Below, in pieces: positions 9,128 to 19,024 of a stretch of DNA of 40,913 nucleotides. Each line of letters starts with the position of its first letter. Position 1 is the first letter of the stretch. The notes beneath the pieces are model-generated. The model was given only the letters and a program-made list of their open reading frames with translations. It did no database searches and had not been told where the DNA came from. Origin of the DNA: an uncultured Bauldia sp. (GTDB lineage: Bacteria; Pseudomonadota; Alphaproteobacteria; Rhizobiales; Kaistiaceae); the NCBI GenBank assembly GCA_964611195.1, contig CAZSXA010000002.1, positions 1-40,913 on the forward strand. The letters are read 5' to 3'. The position numbers and the translations under genes were made by a program.

Positions 9128-11248
9128 CTACTCCAGGAACACCGTGACACGGTCGGAGCGGCCCTCGCCGTCGATCACGGCAAGGGAGACGAAACCCGGC
9201 CCGTCCGGCGTCCAGGTCTCCTCGCGGGCAAACGCCGAGTTGCCGATCGGCAGCCCGTTGGCGAGGAATGTGAAAGGCGGGGTGCCGTTCCGCACCTTGA
9301 TCACGATCGGCGTACCCTCCCCCGACATCAGGCCGAGATCGACCCTGACGCCATCGAGCGGATAGGCGATCTCCGGCGCCGGGTCGGCAATCACGACATC
9401 GGCCTCCGCATGGCGGAAGCGCCTTAGCGGCTCCGGCAGTTCGTTGGTGTCGGCGATAAGCGTGCCCGCGGGCGGCGGAGGCAGCGGAACCGTCCGGCCG
9501 CCGATGCGGTCGAACGCTTCGAACAGGATCGGCGCCGCCATGCCAATGCCCGTGAGGCCCGGCACCGGCGCGCCGTCCGGCCGCCCGACCCAGACGCCGA
9601 TCGTGTGACGGCCGTCGAAGCCGATCGACCAGGCGTCGCGATAGCCGTAGGAGGTACCGGTCTTGTAGGCGATGCGGCCGAGGCTGGCGGTCGCGGGCGG
9701 CGGAACGCCGGCGAGGATATCGGCGACGTGCCAGGCGGCCGGAGGATCGAGCACCGGCAGCGGCGCCCGGTACGCTCCGGCATCATCGTCGAGGCCGTCG
9801 ATCAGCCGCACAGGGCGTCCGAGATTGGCGACCGAGGCATAGGTGGCAACGAGGTCCTCCAGCGTGACGCCGACGCCGCCGAGGCCGATCGCAAGGCCCG
9901 GCGCTGTCAGGTCCGGCAGTTCGGGTTCGGCGCCGGCTCGGGCAAGGCGCGAGACCAGCAACGCTGGTCCGACCTCGTCGAGCACGATCACCGCCGGCAC
10001 ATTGAGCGACTGTTGCAGCGCTTCACGGATCGTCACGGTGCCGCGGTAGAAGCCGTCGAAATTGACCGGGGCGTAACCGCCGAACGCGGTCGGCCGGTCC
10101 TCGATCAGGCTTTCCGGCATGGCAAGGCCGAGCTCGAAGGCGAGGCCGTAGATCAGCGGTTTCAGCGTCGAGCCCGGCGAGCGTACCGCGCGGGTCATGT
10201 CGAGGAAGCCCTCGCGGTCCTCGTCGAGGAGACCGGACGAACCGACCGAGGCGATCACCTCGCCGGTCTGATGATCGACGACCAGAATGGCGATCGAGAT
10301 TTCCTCGCCGAGCGTTTCGGCGCGATCGGTCGACAGTTGCTCGAGCGCGACCTGACGTTCGCGATCGATGGTGAGGCGATGGACCTCCGCCGCCGGATCG
10401 CCGAGACGCGCCGCTTCGGCGAGATGGGCGGCGATGATGGGGAAGTCGAGGCGCTCGCGCGGCACGCGTTCGGTCTTCGCCGCGTCGGCCTCGTCGGCAG
10501 TGAGCACGCCGGAGGCGACCATGCGGTCGAGCACGCGGTTGCGGGCGATCTCGGCCGAATCGGGATCGCGGTCCGGACGGCGTGCTTCGGGCGACTGCGT
10601 GAGCGCGACCAGCAGCGCCGCCTCGGCCGGTGTCAGCCGTGCCGGCTCCTTGCCAAAGTATGAGAGCGTCGCCGCGCGGATGCCTTCAAGATTCCCGCCA
10701 TAGGGGGCGAGCAGCAAATAGAGCTCAAGAATCTCGTCCTTGCTCAAGGCCGCGTCGATCCGCTGCGCGAAGACGATTTGCCGGAGCTTGCCCTCGATTG
10801 TGCGGGTATCGCGGCCATCGATCAGCCGCGCCACCTGCATCGTCAGCGTCGAGGCGCCGGAAACGATGCCGCCATTGCGGACGAACTGGCCGGCGGCGCG
10901 CGCGACCGCCAGCCAGTCGACGCCGTTATGCGTCTCGAAGTGCTGATCCTCGAAGGCCAACAACATCTCGAAATACAGCGGATCGACGTCCTCGATTGCC
11001 ACCGGCAGGCGCCAGCGGCCGTCCTCGATCGTGAACGGACGCAGCAGGAACCCGTTGCGGTCGACGACGACCGGCGAGCTGACGATGTCCTCGGCGACAG
11101 GAATTGCGGGCAGATCGGAGCGGACGTTCTGGACCGTGGCGACCAGCGCCAGCCCCGCCAGCGACGCGACCGTCAAGACCGACCACAGGCCGAAGAAGGC
11201 GACACGCCAGCGGCGTCCGCGCGGGGCCGTCCTTGGGACGTCCGTCAT
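9128..11248 (-). CDS. pbpC: penicillin-binding protein 1C (bifunctional glycosyltransferase/transpeptidase)
   Basis: Start ATG at 11248 (MTDVPRTAPRGRRW, TM anchor); an alternative start lies at 11290. GT51 motif FEDQHFETHNGVD. Transpeptidase motifs STLK and KTGTS. PbpC-type C-terminal domain. Directly downstream of the alpha-2-macroglobulin gene. Confidence 0.9.
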   Translation of the reverse strand: MTDVPRTAPRGRRWRVAFFGLWSVLTVASLAGLALVATVQNVRSDLPAIPVAEDIVSSPVVVDRNGFLLRPFTIEDGRWRLPVAIEDVDPLYFEMLLAFEDQHFETHNGVDWLAVARAAGQFVRNGGIVSGASTLTMQVARLIDGRDTRTIEGKLRQIVFAQRIDAALSKDEILELYLLLAPYGGNLEGIRAATLSYFGKEPARLTPAEAALLVALTQSPEARRPDRDPDSAEIARNRVLDRMVASGVLTADEADAAKTERVPRERLDFPIIAAHLAEAARLGDPAAEVHRLTIDRERQVALEQLSTDRAETLGEEISIAILVVDHQTGEVIASVGSSGLLDEDREGFLDMTRAVRSPGSTLKPLIYGLAFELGLAMPESLIEDRPTAFGGYAPVNFDGFYRGTVTIREALQQSLNVPAVIVLDEVGPALLVSRLARAGAEPELPDLTAPGLAIGLGGVGVTLEDLVATYASVANLGRPVRLIDGLDDDAGAYRAPLPVLDPPAAWHVADILAGVPPPATASLGRIAYKTGTSYGYRDAWSIGFDGRHTIGVWVGRPDGAPVPGLTGIGMAAPILFEAFDRIGGRTVPLPPPPAGTLIADTNELPEPLRRFRHAEADVVIADPAPEIAYPLDGVRVDLGLMSGEGTPIVIKVRNGTPPFTFLANGLPIGNSAFAREETWTPDGPGFVSLAVIDGEGRSDRVTVFLE

Positions 11249-11381
11249 GGCCGTCACGCCCTCTTGTCCCGGCCTTGAGCCGGGACCCAATTGCGGCTGC
11301 AGCGACGCTGCGCGAGGGCCATTGGCCCCCGGGCCAGGTCCCGGGCAAACCGGGTGGTGTGGCGCACGCCGACCCGTGCCC

Positions 11382-14300
11382 TTACTGCGTCGGGCCGACG
11401 ATCTCGACGGTTCCGGCTGCCGTGTTGGCGCGGCGTTCGACCCGGTACATGTCCTCGATCGTCGCGCCCGCCTGGACGAAGACGCCCGGCGACACCGCCC
11501 GTACGGTGTACGCCACAGTGAACTGCAGCGGGCTCGACGAGTAGCGCGTCACGGCCGCGACGAAGCGATCGGTGCGTGCCTCGCTGTGGTCGATGAACGC
11601 CTCGCCGGTCAGCCACGGATAGCGATCGATGTCGCCGGAGACCGAGAGATTCGGGTTCTCGATCTCGAAGCCGGCCGGCAGCGGATCGACAATCAGCAGC
11701 CGTCCGAAGCGCTCCTCGGTCGCCGTCACCGTAATCGCGACGACGAAGCGGTCGTTCTGCGCCACCACCGACGGATCGACCAGCGTACCTTCCGGCGTGT
11801 AGTAGCGCCGCTCGATCGTGAAGCCGTTGCCTCCTGCCGGCGGCGCAACCCTGGGCACGCCCGTCACCGAGACGGTGGCGTCGACCGCCTCGTCGCCGGT
11901 GTTGTCGATCCGGGCCGGGCTGGCAGCCAGTTCATCGTCGGTGAAGGCCGCGAACAGCGGGCCGTCGAGCATCTCGCCGTTCAGCATCAGCCCGGCATCG
12001 GCCGCGTTCTCGATCAGCGCGGCGGCGGCAAGGAGGCTCCATGCATCCTCCTGCGTCGACGTCCAGACCCGGGCATCGCGGGCCGCGGCGAGCCGGTCGA
12101 CGAGGCTCGCGGTGTCGAGCGAGTCGATGCGGTTTTCGACGGCAAGCGTGATCACCGCGGCAAGGTCGCGGATGTTCGTGCCATAGTCCTCGCGCTGGCG
12201 GAGAACGTCGGCGCGGTCGTAGGTCGCCATCGCCGTGACGAAGATGCGCTCGGCACGCGCCTGGTCGCCATAGAGCGCCAGCGCCGCACCGACCTGGGCC
12301 TGCGCCAGGGCCGTGCCGAAATCGTTGATCTTGGTCTCGCCGTAGTAGCGAAGATCGCCGATCGAGGCGCGGCCGTTCCGCGCCAGCACATAGAGCGCAT
12401 AGGCGATGTGCTCGCCGCCATTGGAGAAGTCGGACGAATAGGCGATGCGGTTGTTGAGGTTGTCGAGCGCGATGGTGATCGCCAGTTCGGGCACCTCGTA
12501 GCCGGCCTCGACCGCGCGGGTTAGGAAGTCGGTCACGTAGGCGTCGAGCCAGAGATCGCCGCCGGAGAACGGTCCCCAGAGGCCGAACGAGCCGGACGAG
12601 CTCTGCTTGGCCATCAGCGAAGCGATCGCCGCCTCGATGCGGCCGGCAAGCACCTCGTCGGCGCCGATGCCGACAGAAGCGGCGACATCGTTGAGATAGA
12701 GGAGCGGCAGGGCACGGCTCGTGGTCTGCTCGGCGCAGCCATAGGGATAGCGGCTCAGCATCTGCAGCATGCCGACGACATCGAGCTGGGCGGCGCCGCC
12801 GGCTGTGATGTTGGCGGTCGCGGTACCCGGCACGAAGTCGGCGACGGCATCAGCCGAGAGGGTGAGCGTGCCGCCGGCCGGGATCTCGACGCGGTTGACG
12901 TTGGTGATCGGCGCGCCGGGGGCCCGGACGCCGAGGGTCAGATCCTTCGGCAACGCCTCGCCATTCGGCATCAGAAGCGTGATGCGGATGTCGTGATCGC
13001 CGATCGCGAGCCCGGTGAGCGGTACGGCGATCGTCGTGCGGTCGCCCTCCTCCAGCGTCACGGTGCGCTGCGTCTCGCCACCGAGGCCGAGGCCCTCATC
13101 GGCATCGACGAGCAGCTGATAGTCGCCCGCCTCGCCCGAGACATTGTCGATCTCGACGAGAATGCGCGACTGGTCGTCGGTGTGGAGGAAGCGCGGCACG
13201 CTGGCATTCACCACCACCGGATCGCGGACGAAGATGTCCTCCACCGCATGACCGACGCCTTCGGCGGACCAGGCCTGAACCATGACGCGAACGGTGCCGT
13301 TGAAGTCGGGGATGTCGAAGGAAACGGTCGCGGTGCCGTTTTCGTCGACGCGGACGATGCCGGAATGGAACGCGATCAGATTGTCGACCGGCGGCGGCGC
13401 ACCGAGGCGCACCGCACCGCCATCGCCACCGGAGCGGATGGCGCCAAGCACCCCTTGCGTCGTGTCGATGAGATTGCCGTAGAGATCGCGGATCTCCACG
13501 CCGAGGCGGCGCTGGGCGAAGTACCAATCATCCGGCGCCGGCGGCTCGTAATTGGTGAGGTTGAGAATGCCGAGATCGACCGCGGCGACGGTGACATAGG
13601 CCTCCTCGCCGGGCTCGAGATTGGCGATCTCGACCGGGATCGTCAGCGGCCCACGCGGTCGCGATTCCTCCGGCAGATCGATCGAGACATCCAGCAGCCG
13701 GTCCTCGGGATCGACCGTCGCCCAGGTGAGGCCGAGCGTGCGCGCCGGCATGCGACCGGCCTCAAGGTCCATCGGCCGGTAGAGCGTTGCCGTGACGTAG
13801 GCGCCGGCCCCCCATTCCTCGGTGACGTCCAGCGTAACTGTCGTGCCCTCCTCCGGAACCTCGACCATCTCCATGGTGATCAGGCGATTGTCGACGACAG
13901 TGACGAGCGCCACGCCGGCGAATTGCGGGTCGAGACGGAGCTCGGCCGTGTCGCCGATCTCATAGGCCGGCTGGTCGAGCGCGACCGCGAGGACGTCCGG
14001 CGTATCGGTGCCGACATCGGCGACGTACCAGCCGGCGGAGAACTCGATCGACGACGAGGTCGGATTGTCGCCGGTCGAGGTCAACTCGAGCCGGTAGCGG
14101 CCCCAGTCGACCGGCGCGCTGATCCGCGCGGCCTCACCGGCGGCGATCTCGATCGTGCCCGACGCGACGCGCTCGGTGCGGGTGATCGCCTCCCAGCGCC
14201 AGACGCCATTGGTCGAATACCACTGATAGGAGCGGCGGAGACGGAGGAGCTCCCACTCGACCTCCTCCATGTCGGTACGTTCGGCGTCCTCGTCGATAGC

Positions 14301-16871
14301 GATGATGTCGAACTCGGCCGGCCCGCCTTCGGGAAAGCCGAATCCGTCATTGAGCGCGCGAATGCCGATGCGCGGACCATCGAGCATCACCGGCAGCGTC
14401 AACGTCCGTTCGACGGCGCGGCCGCTGGTGTCGGCCATGCGCAGCACCGCCTCGCCGCGCAGAAGGCGGGTGGTCGGCGGCGTGTCGGGCAGCGATACCG
14501 TCATGACCGCGTTGCCGTCGGCATCGGTCTGCGGGGCGTCGTCGATCGGCTGGACGATGCGCTGCAGAGCGTCATCGGTGCGGCCGAAGACAAAGCCCGG
14601 ATAGGCGGCGAGCCTGCTGATCGGGGTGACGGCGATGTCGCCGGTAATGGTGAGATCGGGCGCGGTCGCGCCGTAGAGATAGCGCGCCGAGATATCGAGT
14701 TCGTTCGGACCCTCCGGATCGAAGGCCTCGAAGGCGGTGTCGATCACGAAATCGAGGCGCTCGGGGACGAAGTCCTCGACGAGGAAGGATTCCTCAGCGA
14801 TCGGGCGTCCCTCGGGGTCGGTGTAGAGGCGAAGCCGCCACGAGCCGCGCATCGCGTCCGGCCCGAGTGTCATCGCGTGGAAGTAGCCGCCAAGTTCCTC
14901 GTCATCGAGGAGGACGCGCTCATATTCCACGCCGTCCGGCCGTTCGGCGACCAGCGTCAGCGGCACGTCGGTGACGGCGTTTACGGTCGCGTCGCGCAGG
15001 AGAACCGTCGTGTAGACCGTCTCGGCCGGGCGATAGACGCCGCGCTCGGTGCGCATATAGGCGTCGACCGCTTCGGGCGACGGGCGGCCCTCGACGCCGC
15101 GATCGGTGAGATCGAACGGACTGCGGGTGAGGTCGAGGAAGGCGAAGTCGCCGGCTTCGGTCTCGGCGGCCACCAGCTGCGGCGCCGCGCCGCCGGAGCC
15201 GCGGATGAAGCCTGGCGCGAACTGCGCGTAGCCGCCCTCGTTCGTCGTCATTTCGGCGAGGACATCATTGTTGCGCGCGATGAGCCGCAGCGTCACGCCT
15301 GCCATCGGCTCGGCCGTGGCAAGCGAGCGGACCACGGTATGGAGCCCGTCGGCGCCCGTCATCGTGGTGAGGCCGAGATCGGAGATGACGAACCACTGCG
15401 TTGCCTCCGGATCCCAGTAGAACTGCTCCTCGTCCGGCAACCGCGCGGTGATGACGTAGACGCCCGGCTCCTGGTCGCCGAGCGCATCGGTGACCGGAAT
15501 GGCGGTGGTGACGAGCTCGTTCCGCGGCGCGTCGATTTCGATCTCGCCGTCCCAGATCAGCTCGCCGGAGGTGTTGGCGATCTCCTCGGCGCGGAACGCT
15601 TCGAGTTGGCTGAGGAAGATGCCCTCGCGAAGAGCGAAGGCGAGGCTGCGGTCGCCGATGCGGTAGATCTCGGCCTCGACGGTTTCGGTGTTGACCGTCT
15701 GGATCGGGATCGTCGGCTCGGGGCCGGCGGGCAGAACGTAGGCGTTGCCGGCAAAGCCGGCGAAGGGCGAGCGGTCCGGGACGAAGACATCGATGACGGC
15801 GGTGTTGGACAGCACCTCGCCATCGGCCGCCGGAAGGCCGGCGCGGATCTGAATGCGATAACGGTCGCCGAAGACAACGCCGTCGATGCAGATCTGGCTG
15901 GAGTCGGGCTCGATCGCGAGCCCGTCGCCACCTTCGACGGTGACGAAGTCGGTGAGACCCGGCCGGCTGACGGGGAGCGGATCGGAGAACACCACGCAGA
16001 TGCGTGGCGTGTCGGAGTCGGTGTCGACCTCATGGCTGAGAATGCGGAAGCCATGTTCGGCGACCAGCGCCTCCAGCGTTTCCTGGACGTCGGGATCGGA
16101 GTCGATCGCGAGGCTGGCGCGATAGGCCTTGATCGCCGGACGATAAAGCGAGCGAAGCTCGAGCGCGGCGCCGAGCACGACAAGCGCCGAGGCGCGGGTC
16201 GCGTCGTTGTTGGTCCGGAGATAGGCGTTGATGGCGGCGGAGGTTGCCTGCTCGCGGATGTCGCGGCGCTCGCTGGCGTTGGCGCCGGTCCGCAGCAATG
16301 TCGCGCGGCCGAACTCGATCCACACCTTGTCGGCCTCATCGGCAAGGGCCAGGGCGGCGCCGTAGAGGTTGGCGGCGAGGGCCGGATTGCCAGCGCTCCG
16401 CGCCTCGCCGGCCGAACGCAGCAACTCGCTGTAGGAGCGGACGCCGGGCGCAAACAGACGGTCAAGATCGCCGACGAAACGGCGCGCCTCGTCGATGAAG
16501 CTAGGGGCGAGAAACTCGAGGATCTCGTCTTCGCGCTGGCGCTCGACGGTCTCTGAGACGGCCGGCGCGGCAACGATCCGGCCCGCATTTGCGCCCTCTG
16601 CGAGTGCAAGCGCGCCGAAGTCGTCCTTCAAAAAGCACCAGCCGGCATCGATGTTGAAGGTAAAGGCGCGGCAGCGATTGTCGCCGACGCAGGCGGCCTC
16701 GCATTCCTCCTGCGTGATCTCGCGAAGGACGTCATAGTCGAAGCCCGGATAATCGGCGTCCTCGGTGACGATCAGCTGTCGCGAGACATCCTGGGCCGCT
16801 GCCGGCATCGCCAACTGAATGGCGAGCGCGCCGATCACGGTCGTCCAGAATCGCTTCAAGTAGGAAGGCAT
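11382..16871 (-). CDS. alpha-2-macroglobulin family protein (about 1829 aa) with an N-terminal PAN/Apple-like module
   Basis: ATG at 16871 (MPSYLKRFWTTVIGALAIQLAMPAAAQD, a type I signal peptide). PAN-like 4-Cys module, a helical repeat region, then a long series of beta-rich MG-type domains. Thioester motif YPYGCAEQT. C-terminal receptor-binding-like domain. Confidence 0.9.
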   Translation of the reverse strand: MPSYLKRFWTTVIGALAIQLAMPAAAQDVSRQLIVTEDADYPGFDYDVLREITQEECEAACVGDNRCRAFTFNIDAGWCFLKDDFGALALAEGANAGRIVAAPAVSETVERQREDEILEFLAPSFIDEARRFVGDLDRLFAPGVRSYSELLRSAGEARSAGNPALAANLYGAALALADEADKVWIEFGRATLLRTGANASERRDIREQATSAAINAYLRTNNDATRASALVVLGAALELRSLYRPAIKAYRASLAIDSDPDVQETLEALVAEHGFRILSHEVDTDSDTPRICVVFSDPLPVSRPGLTDFVTVEGGDGLAIEPDSSQICIDGVVFGDRYRIQIRAGLPAADGEVLSNTAVIDVFVPDRSPFAGFAGNAYVLPAGPEPTIPIQTVNTETVEAEIYRIGDRSLAFALREGIFLSQLEAFRAEEIANTSGELIWDGEIEIDAPRNELVTTAIPVTDALGDQEPGVYVITARLPDEEQFYWDPEATQWFVISDLGLTTMTGADGLHTVVRSLATAEPMAGVTLRLIARNNDVLAEMTTNEGGYAQFAPGFIRGSGGAAPQLVAAETEAGDFAFLDLTRSPFDLTDRGVEGRPSPEAVDAYMRTERGVYRPAETVYTTVLLRDATVNAVTDVPLTLVAERPDGVEYERVLLDDEELGGYFHAMTLGPDAMRGSWRLRLYTDPEGRPIAEESFLVEDFVPERLDFVIDTAFEAFDPEGPNELDISARYLYGATAPDLTITGDIAVTPISRLAAYPGFVFGRTDDALQRIVQPIDDAPQTDADGNAVMTVSLPDTPPTTRLLRGEAVLRMADTSGRAVERTLTLPVMLDGPRIGIRALNDGFGFPEGGPAEFDIIAIDEDAERTDMEEVEWELLRLRRSYQWYSTNGVWRWEAITRTERVASGTIEIAAGEAARISAPVDWGRYRLELTSTGDNPTSSSIEFSAGWYVADVGTDTPDVLAVALDQPAYEIGDTAELRLDPQFAGVALVTVVDNRLITMEMVEVPEEGTTVTLDVTEEWGAGAYVTATLYRPMDLEAGRMPARTLGLTWATVDPEDRLLDVSIDLPEESRPRGPLTIPVEIANLEPGEEAYVTVAAVDLGILNLTNYEPPAPDDWYFAQRRLGVEIRDLYGNLIDTTQGVLGAIRSGGDGGAVRLGAPPPVDNLIAFHSGIVRVDENGTATVSFDIPDFNGTVRVMVQAWSAEGVGHAVEDIFVRDPVVVNASVPRFLHTDDQSRILVEIDNVSGEAGDYQLLVDADEGLGLGGETQRTVTLEEGDRTTIAVPLTGLAIGDHDIRITLLMPNGEALPKDLTLGVRAPGAPITNVNRVEIPAGGTLTLSADAVADFVPGTATANITAGGAAQLDVVGMLQMLSRYPYGCAEQTTSRALPLLYLNDVAASVGIGADEVLAGRIEAAIASLMAKQSSSGSFGLWGPFSGGDLWLDAYVTDFLTRAVEAGYEVPELAITIALDNLNNRIAYSSDFSNGGEHIAYALYVLARNGRASIGDLRYYGETKINDFGTALAQAQVGAALALYGDQARAERIFVTAMATYDRADVLRQREDYGTNIRDLAAVITLAVENRIDSLDTASLVDRLAAARDARVWTSTQEDAWSLLAAAALIENAADAGLMLNGEMLDGPLFAAFTDDELAASPARIDNTGDEAVDATVSVTGVPRVAPPAGGNGFTIERRYYTPEGTLVDPSVVAQNDRFVVAITVTATEERFGRLLIVDPLPAGFEIENPNLSVSGDIDRYPWLTGEAFIDHSEARTDRFVAAVTRYSSSPLQFTVAYTVRAVSPGVFVQAGATIEDMYRVERRANTAAGTVEIVGPTQ
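12726..12737 (-). other. CxEQ thioester motif (CAEQ) of the alpha-2-macroglobulin
   Basis: The reverse strand reads GGC TGC GCC GAG CAG ACC (G C A E Q T), in frame with the ORF. Both the Cys and the Gln are present. Confidence 0.8.
16614..16760 (-). other. PAN/Apple-like 4-cysteine module at the N-terminus of the alpha-2-macroglobulin
   Basis: DADYPGFDYDVLREITQEECEAACVGDNRCRAFTFNIDAGWCFLKDDFG, which fits the pattern C-x3-C-x5-C-x11-C ending in WCFLK. Confidence 0.6.
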
Positions 16872-17179
16872 CGCGTTACTCACTCCCCATCGTCCGCCGA
16901 TATGCCGGCCCCTCGCCCGACCCATGCCATCCCGAAACTGGCAGAAAAGAGGCTTCGCGACGAGCCGAGCCGTCTCGAATGCCTCATGTGACCTTAATGC
17001 AGCACCATTGTTGCAGTCATTCTATCGCTGGGCCGGACGGGCAAATCTTTTCCATCCTCCGAGCGGCATTTGAAATCCCCGGCTTCGTGGCCCTTCACCG
17101 CCCTCCATACATTCCGGTCAACGACAGGACAGGCCCGCGCCGGCAGCCCCGACGCGGCACACAGCATTGGAGGTGCTCG

Positions 17180-18592
17180 GTGGCACCGAACGAAACGAAG
17201 CTCGCCATTTTCCCGGCCTTCCACGACGTCGACGGCAAGGCCGTCATCATTGTCGGCGATGGCGCCGAGGCGGCGGCTAAGGTGCGGCTCGTTGGCGAGA
17301 CGCGGGCACGGATCAAGCTGTTCACGCGCGACCCCTCGCCGGAGCTTTTTCGCGACGCGGAGGCAGCGGCTGCCGAGATCATTCGCCTCGTGCCGGCCGA
17401 TGAGGACTTCGCCGGCGCGGCGCTTGCCTTCATAGCGACCGGCGACGAGGAGACCGACAAGGCCCTTCGTGGCGGCGCGAAGTCGCAAGGCGTGCCGGTC
17501 AATGTCGTCGATCGACCGGAGCTCTGCGACTTCCACACGCCCGCCCTCGTCAATCGTGCGCCGCTTGCCGTCGCGATCGGCACCGCGGGCGTTGCACCCG
17601 TGCTGGCGCGGCATGTCCGCGCCCGGATCGAGACGCTGCTGGCGCCGGCCTATGGCGATCTCGCCGGGCTCGCCGAGCGCATCCGCGGCGCGGTGGTCGC
17701 GGCAATTCCGAGCGGCGAAGCCCGCCGGCGGTTCTGGGCGCGGTTCTTCTCCGGCGCCGTCGCGGAGAAGGTCTTCGCCGGCAAGGTCGACGAAGCGCAG
17801 GCTGCGGCGGAAGGATTGATCGGCACCTCCGACGCGGACGGCCATGTGTCGCTGGTCGGCGCCGGACCGGGCGCCGCCGACCTCCTGACGCTGCGTGCCC
17901 AACGGGCGCTGCAGGAAGCCGACGTCATCGTCTACGACAGACTGGTGCCCGCGGCGATCGTCGCCCAGGGGCGCCGCGACGCGGACCGCATCTTCGTCGG
18001 CAAGGCCAAGGGCGCGCACTCCGCGAGCCAGAGCGAGATCAACGACATCATCATCCGAGAGGCCCGTGCCGGGCGTCGCGTCGTCCGCCTGAAGTCTGGC
18101 GACCCGCTGATCTTCGGCCGCGCCGGCGAGGAGGTCGATGCGCTGCGCGAGGCCGGCGTGCCGTTCGATATAGTGCCGGGCGTGACGGCGGCATTCGCCG
18201 CGGCCGCCGAGGCCGAGATTCCGTTGACCCTTCGAGGCGTCGCCTCCTCGCTGGTCTTCGTCACCGGCCACGACGCCGACGGAAGGACGCTTCCCGACTG
18301 GGCCGGGCTCGCGCTCAACGGCACAACCGTTGCCGTCTATATGGGGCTCACCGTGGCATCGAAGGTGGCGAAGCGTCTCGTCGAGGCTGGGCTCCGCCCA
18401 TCGGTGCCGGTGGCGGTGATCGAGAACGCCTCGCTGCCGTCCCAGCGAGCCTTCGCCGGCCCGCTCGACGAACTCGGCCGGATGACGGCGGACGCCGAAC
18501 TCCATGGCCCGACGCTCTTCATCATCGGCGATGTCGTCGCCGCCGGTCGCCTCGCGGTCGAGCCGGCGCCGTTGGCCGAACTCGCGGCATAG
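17180..18592 (+). CDS. cysG: siroheme synthase (precorrin-2 dehydrogenase/ferrochelatase plus uroporphyrinogen-III C-methyltransferase)
   Basis: GTG at 17180 with GGAGG at 17169-17173. N-terminal Rossmann VIIVGDGAEAAAKV. SUMT motifs VSLVGAGPGAADLLTLRA and GDPLIFGRAGEE. Upstream of 17180 the track ORF is Arg/Pro-rich filler. Confidence 0.9.
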   Translation: MAPNETKLAIFPAFHDVDGKAVIIVGDGAEAAAKVRLVGETRARIKLFTRDPSPELFRDAEAAAAEIIRLVPADEDFAGAALAFIATGDEETDKALRGGAKSQGVPVNVVDRPELCDFHTPALVNRAPLAVAIGTAGVAPVLARHVRARIETLLAPAYGDLAGLAERIRGAVVAAIPSGEARRRFWARFFSGAVAEKVFAGKVDEAQAAAEGLIGTSDADGHVSLVGAGPGAADLLTLRAQRALQEADVIVYDRLVPAAIVAQGRRDADRIFVGKAKGAHSASQSEINDIIIREARAGRRVVRLKSGDPLIFGRAGEEVDALREAGVPFDIVPGVTAAFAAAAEAEIPLTLRGVASSLVFVTGHDADGRTLPDWAGLALNGTTVAVYMGLTVASKVAKRLVEAGLRPSVPVAVIENASLPSQRAFAGPLDELGRMTADAELHGPTLFIIGDVVAAGRLAVEPAPLAELAA

Positions 18593-18600
18593 GAGCAACC

Positions 18601-18930
18601 ATGTATCGCGCGGCCGAAAAGGGAACTCTGAAGGCGATCACCGCCAATCGCATGATCGACGGGCTCGTCGTCTTCCTCGCCGACGATCGGTCGTGGACCG
18701 AGGATGTCGACGCGTCGCAGGTCTTCGAGGATGGCGAGGTGCTCGATAACGCGCTCGCCTTCAGCGCCGAGCAGGCCGCGGAGCGCGTGGTTCTCGACCC
18801 CTACACGATCGACGTCACCGTCGAGGACGGCAAGCCGGTGCCATCGCGCCTTCGCGAGCTGATCCGCGCGAAAGGCCCCTCGGTCGCGTACGGAGAAGAA
18901 GAACGGAAGCGGCTGGCAGAAGCGGAATGA
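18601..18930 (+). CDS. DUF2849 family protein (sulfite-reductase-associated, function unknown)
   Basis: AGGAG upstream, 8 nt after the cysG stop. Sequence AITANRMIDGLVVFLADD..W and its position between cysG and cysI are as I recall for this family. Assignment is from memory, not a search. Confidence 0.75.
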   Translation: MYRAAEKGTLKAITANRMIDGLVVFLADDRSWTEDVDASQVFEDGEVLDNALAFSAEQAAERVVLDPYTIDVTVEDGKPVPSRLRELIRAKGPSVAYGEEERKRLAEAE

Positions 18931-18933
18931 ACC

Positions 18934-19024
18934 GAGGTTCCGGATCGGCCGACGGCCGTCCGGAACGACAACTGAGAATGAGTGCCGTCGTTCCGGCTGG
19001 AGCGAAGCGAAGAGCCGGAACCTC
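18934..19024. repeat. about 91-bp nested palindromic element (GTTCCGG/CCGGAAC arms used four times) in the DUF2849-cysI spacer
   Basis: Hairpin 1: GTTCCGGA (18937-18944) pairs with TCCGGAAC (18959-18966). Hairpin 2: GTTCCGGCT (18990-18998) pairs with AGCCGGAAC (19013-19021). The outer 10-bp arms GAGGTTCCGG (18934-18943) and CCGGAACCTC (19015-19024) are perfectly complementary. Confidence 0.55.

Noticed and set aside
12993-16556. 1187-aa ORF on the + strand (and 11031..12524, 497 aa)
   Set aside because: It lies entirely antisense to the alpha-2-macroglobulin gene. It is Arg/Gly/Asp/Ala-rich with no recognisable motifs. This is a typical stop-free shadow frame opposite a GC3-rich gene.
16994-18598. 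534-aa ORF antisense to cysG, and similar mirror ORFs of pheA (1189..2184), rmuC (6335..7171), fmt (7769..8716), cysI (18815..20032), the aminopeptidase (22678..24081), cpaF (27125..29062), cpaC (31019..32137) and the phosphohexomutase (37211..38731)
   Set aside because: Each mirrors a gene with strong catalytic motifs on the other strand. These are high-GC shadow ORFs.
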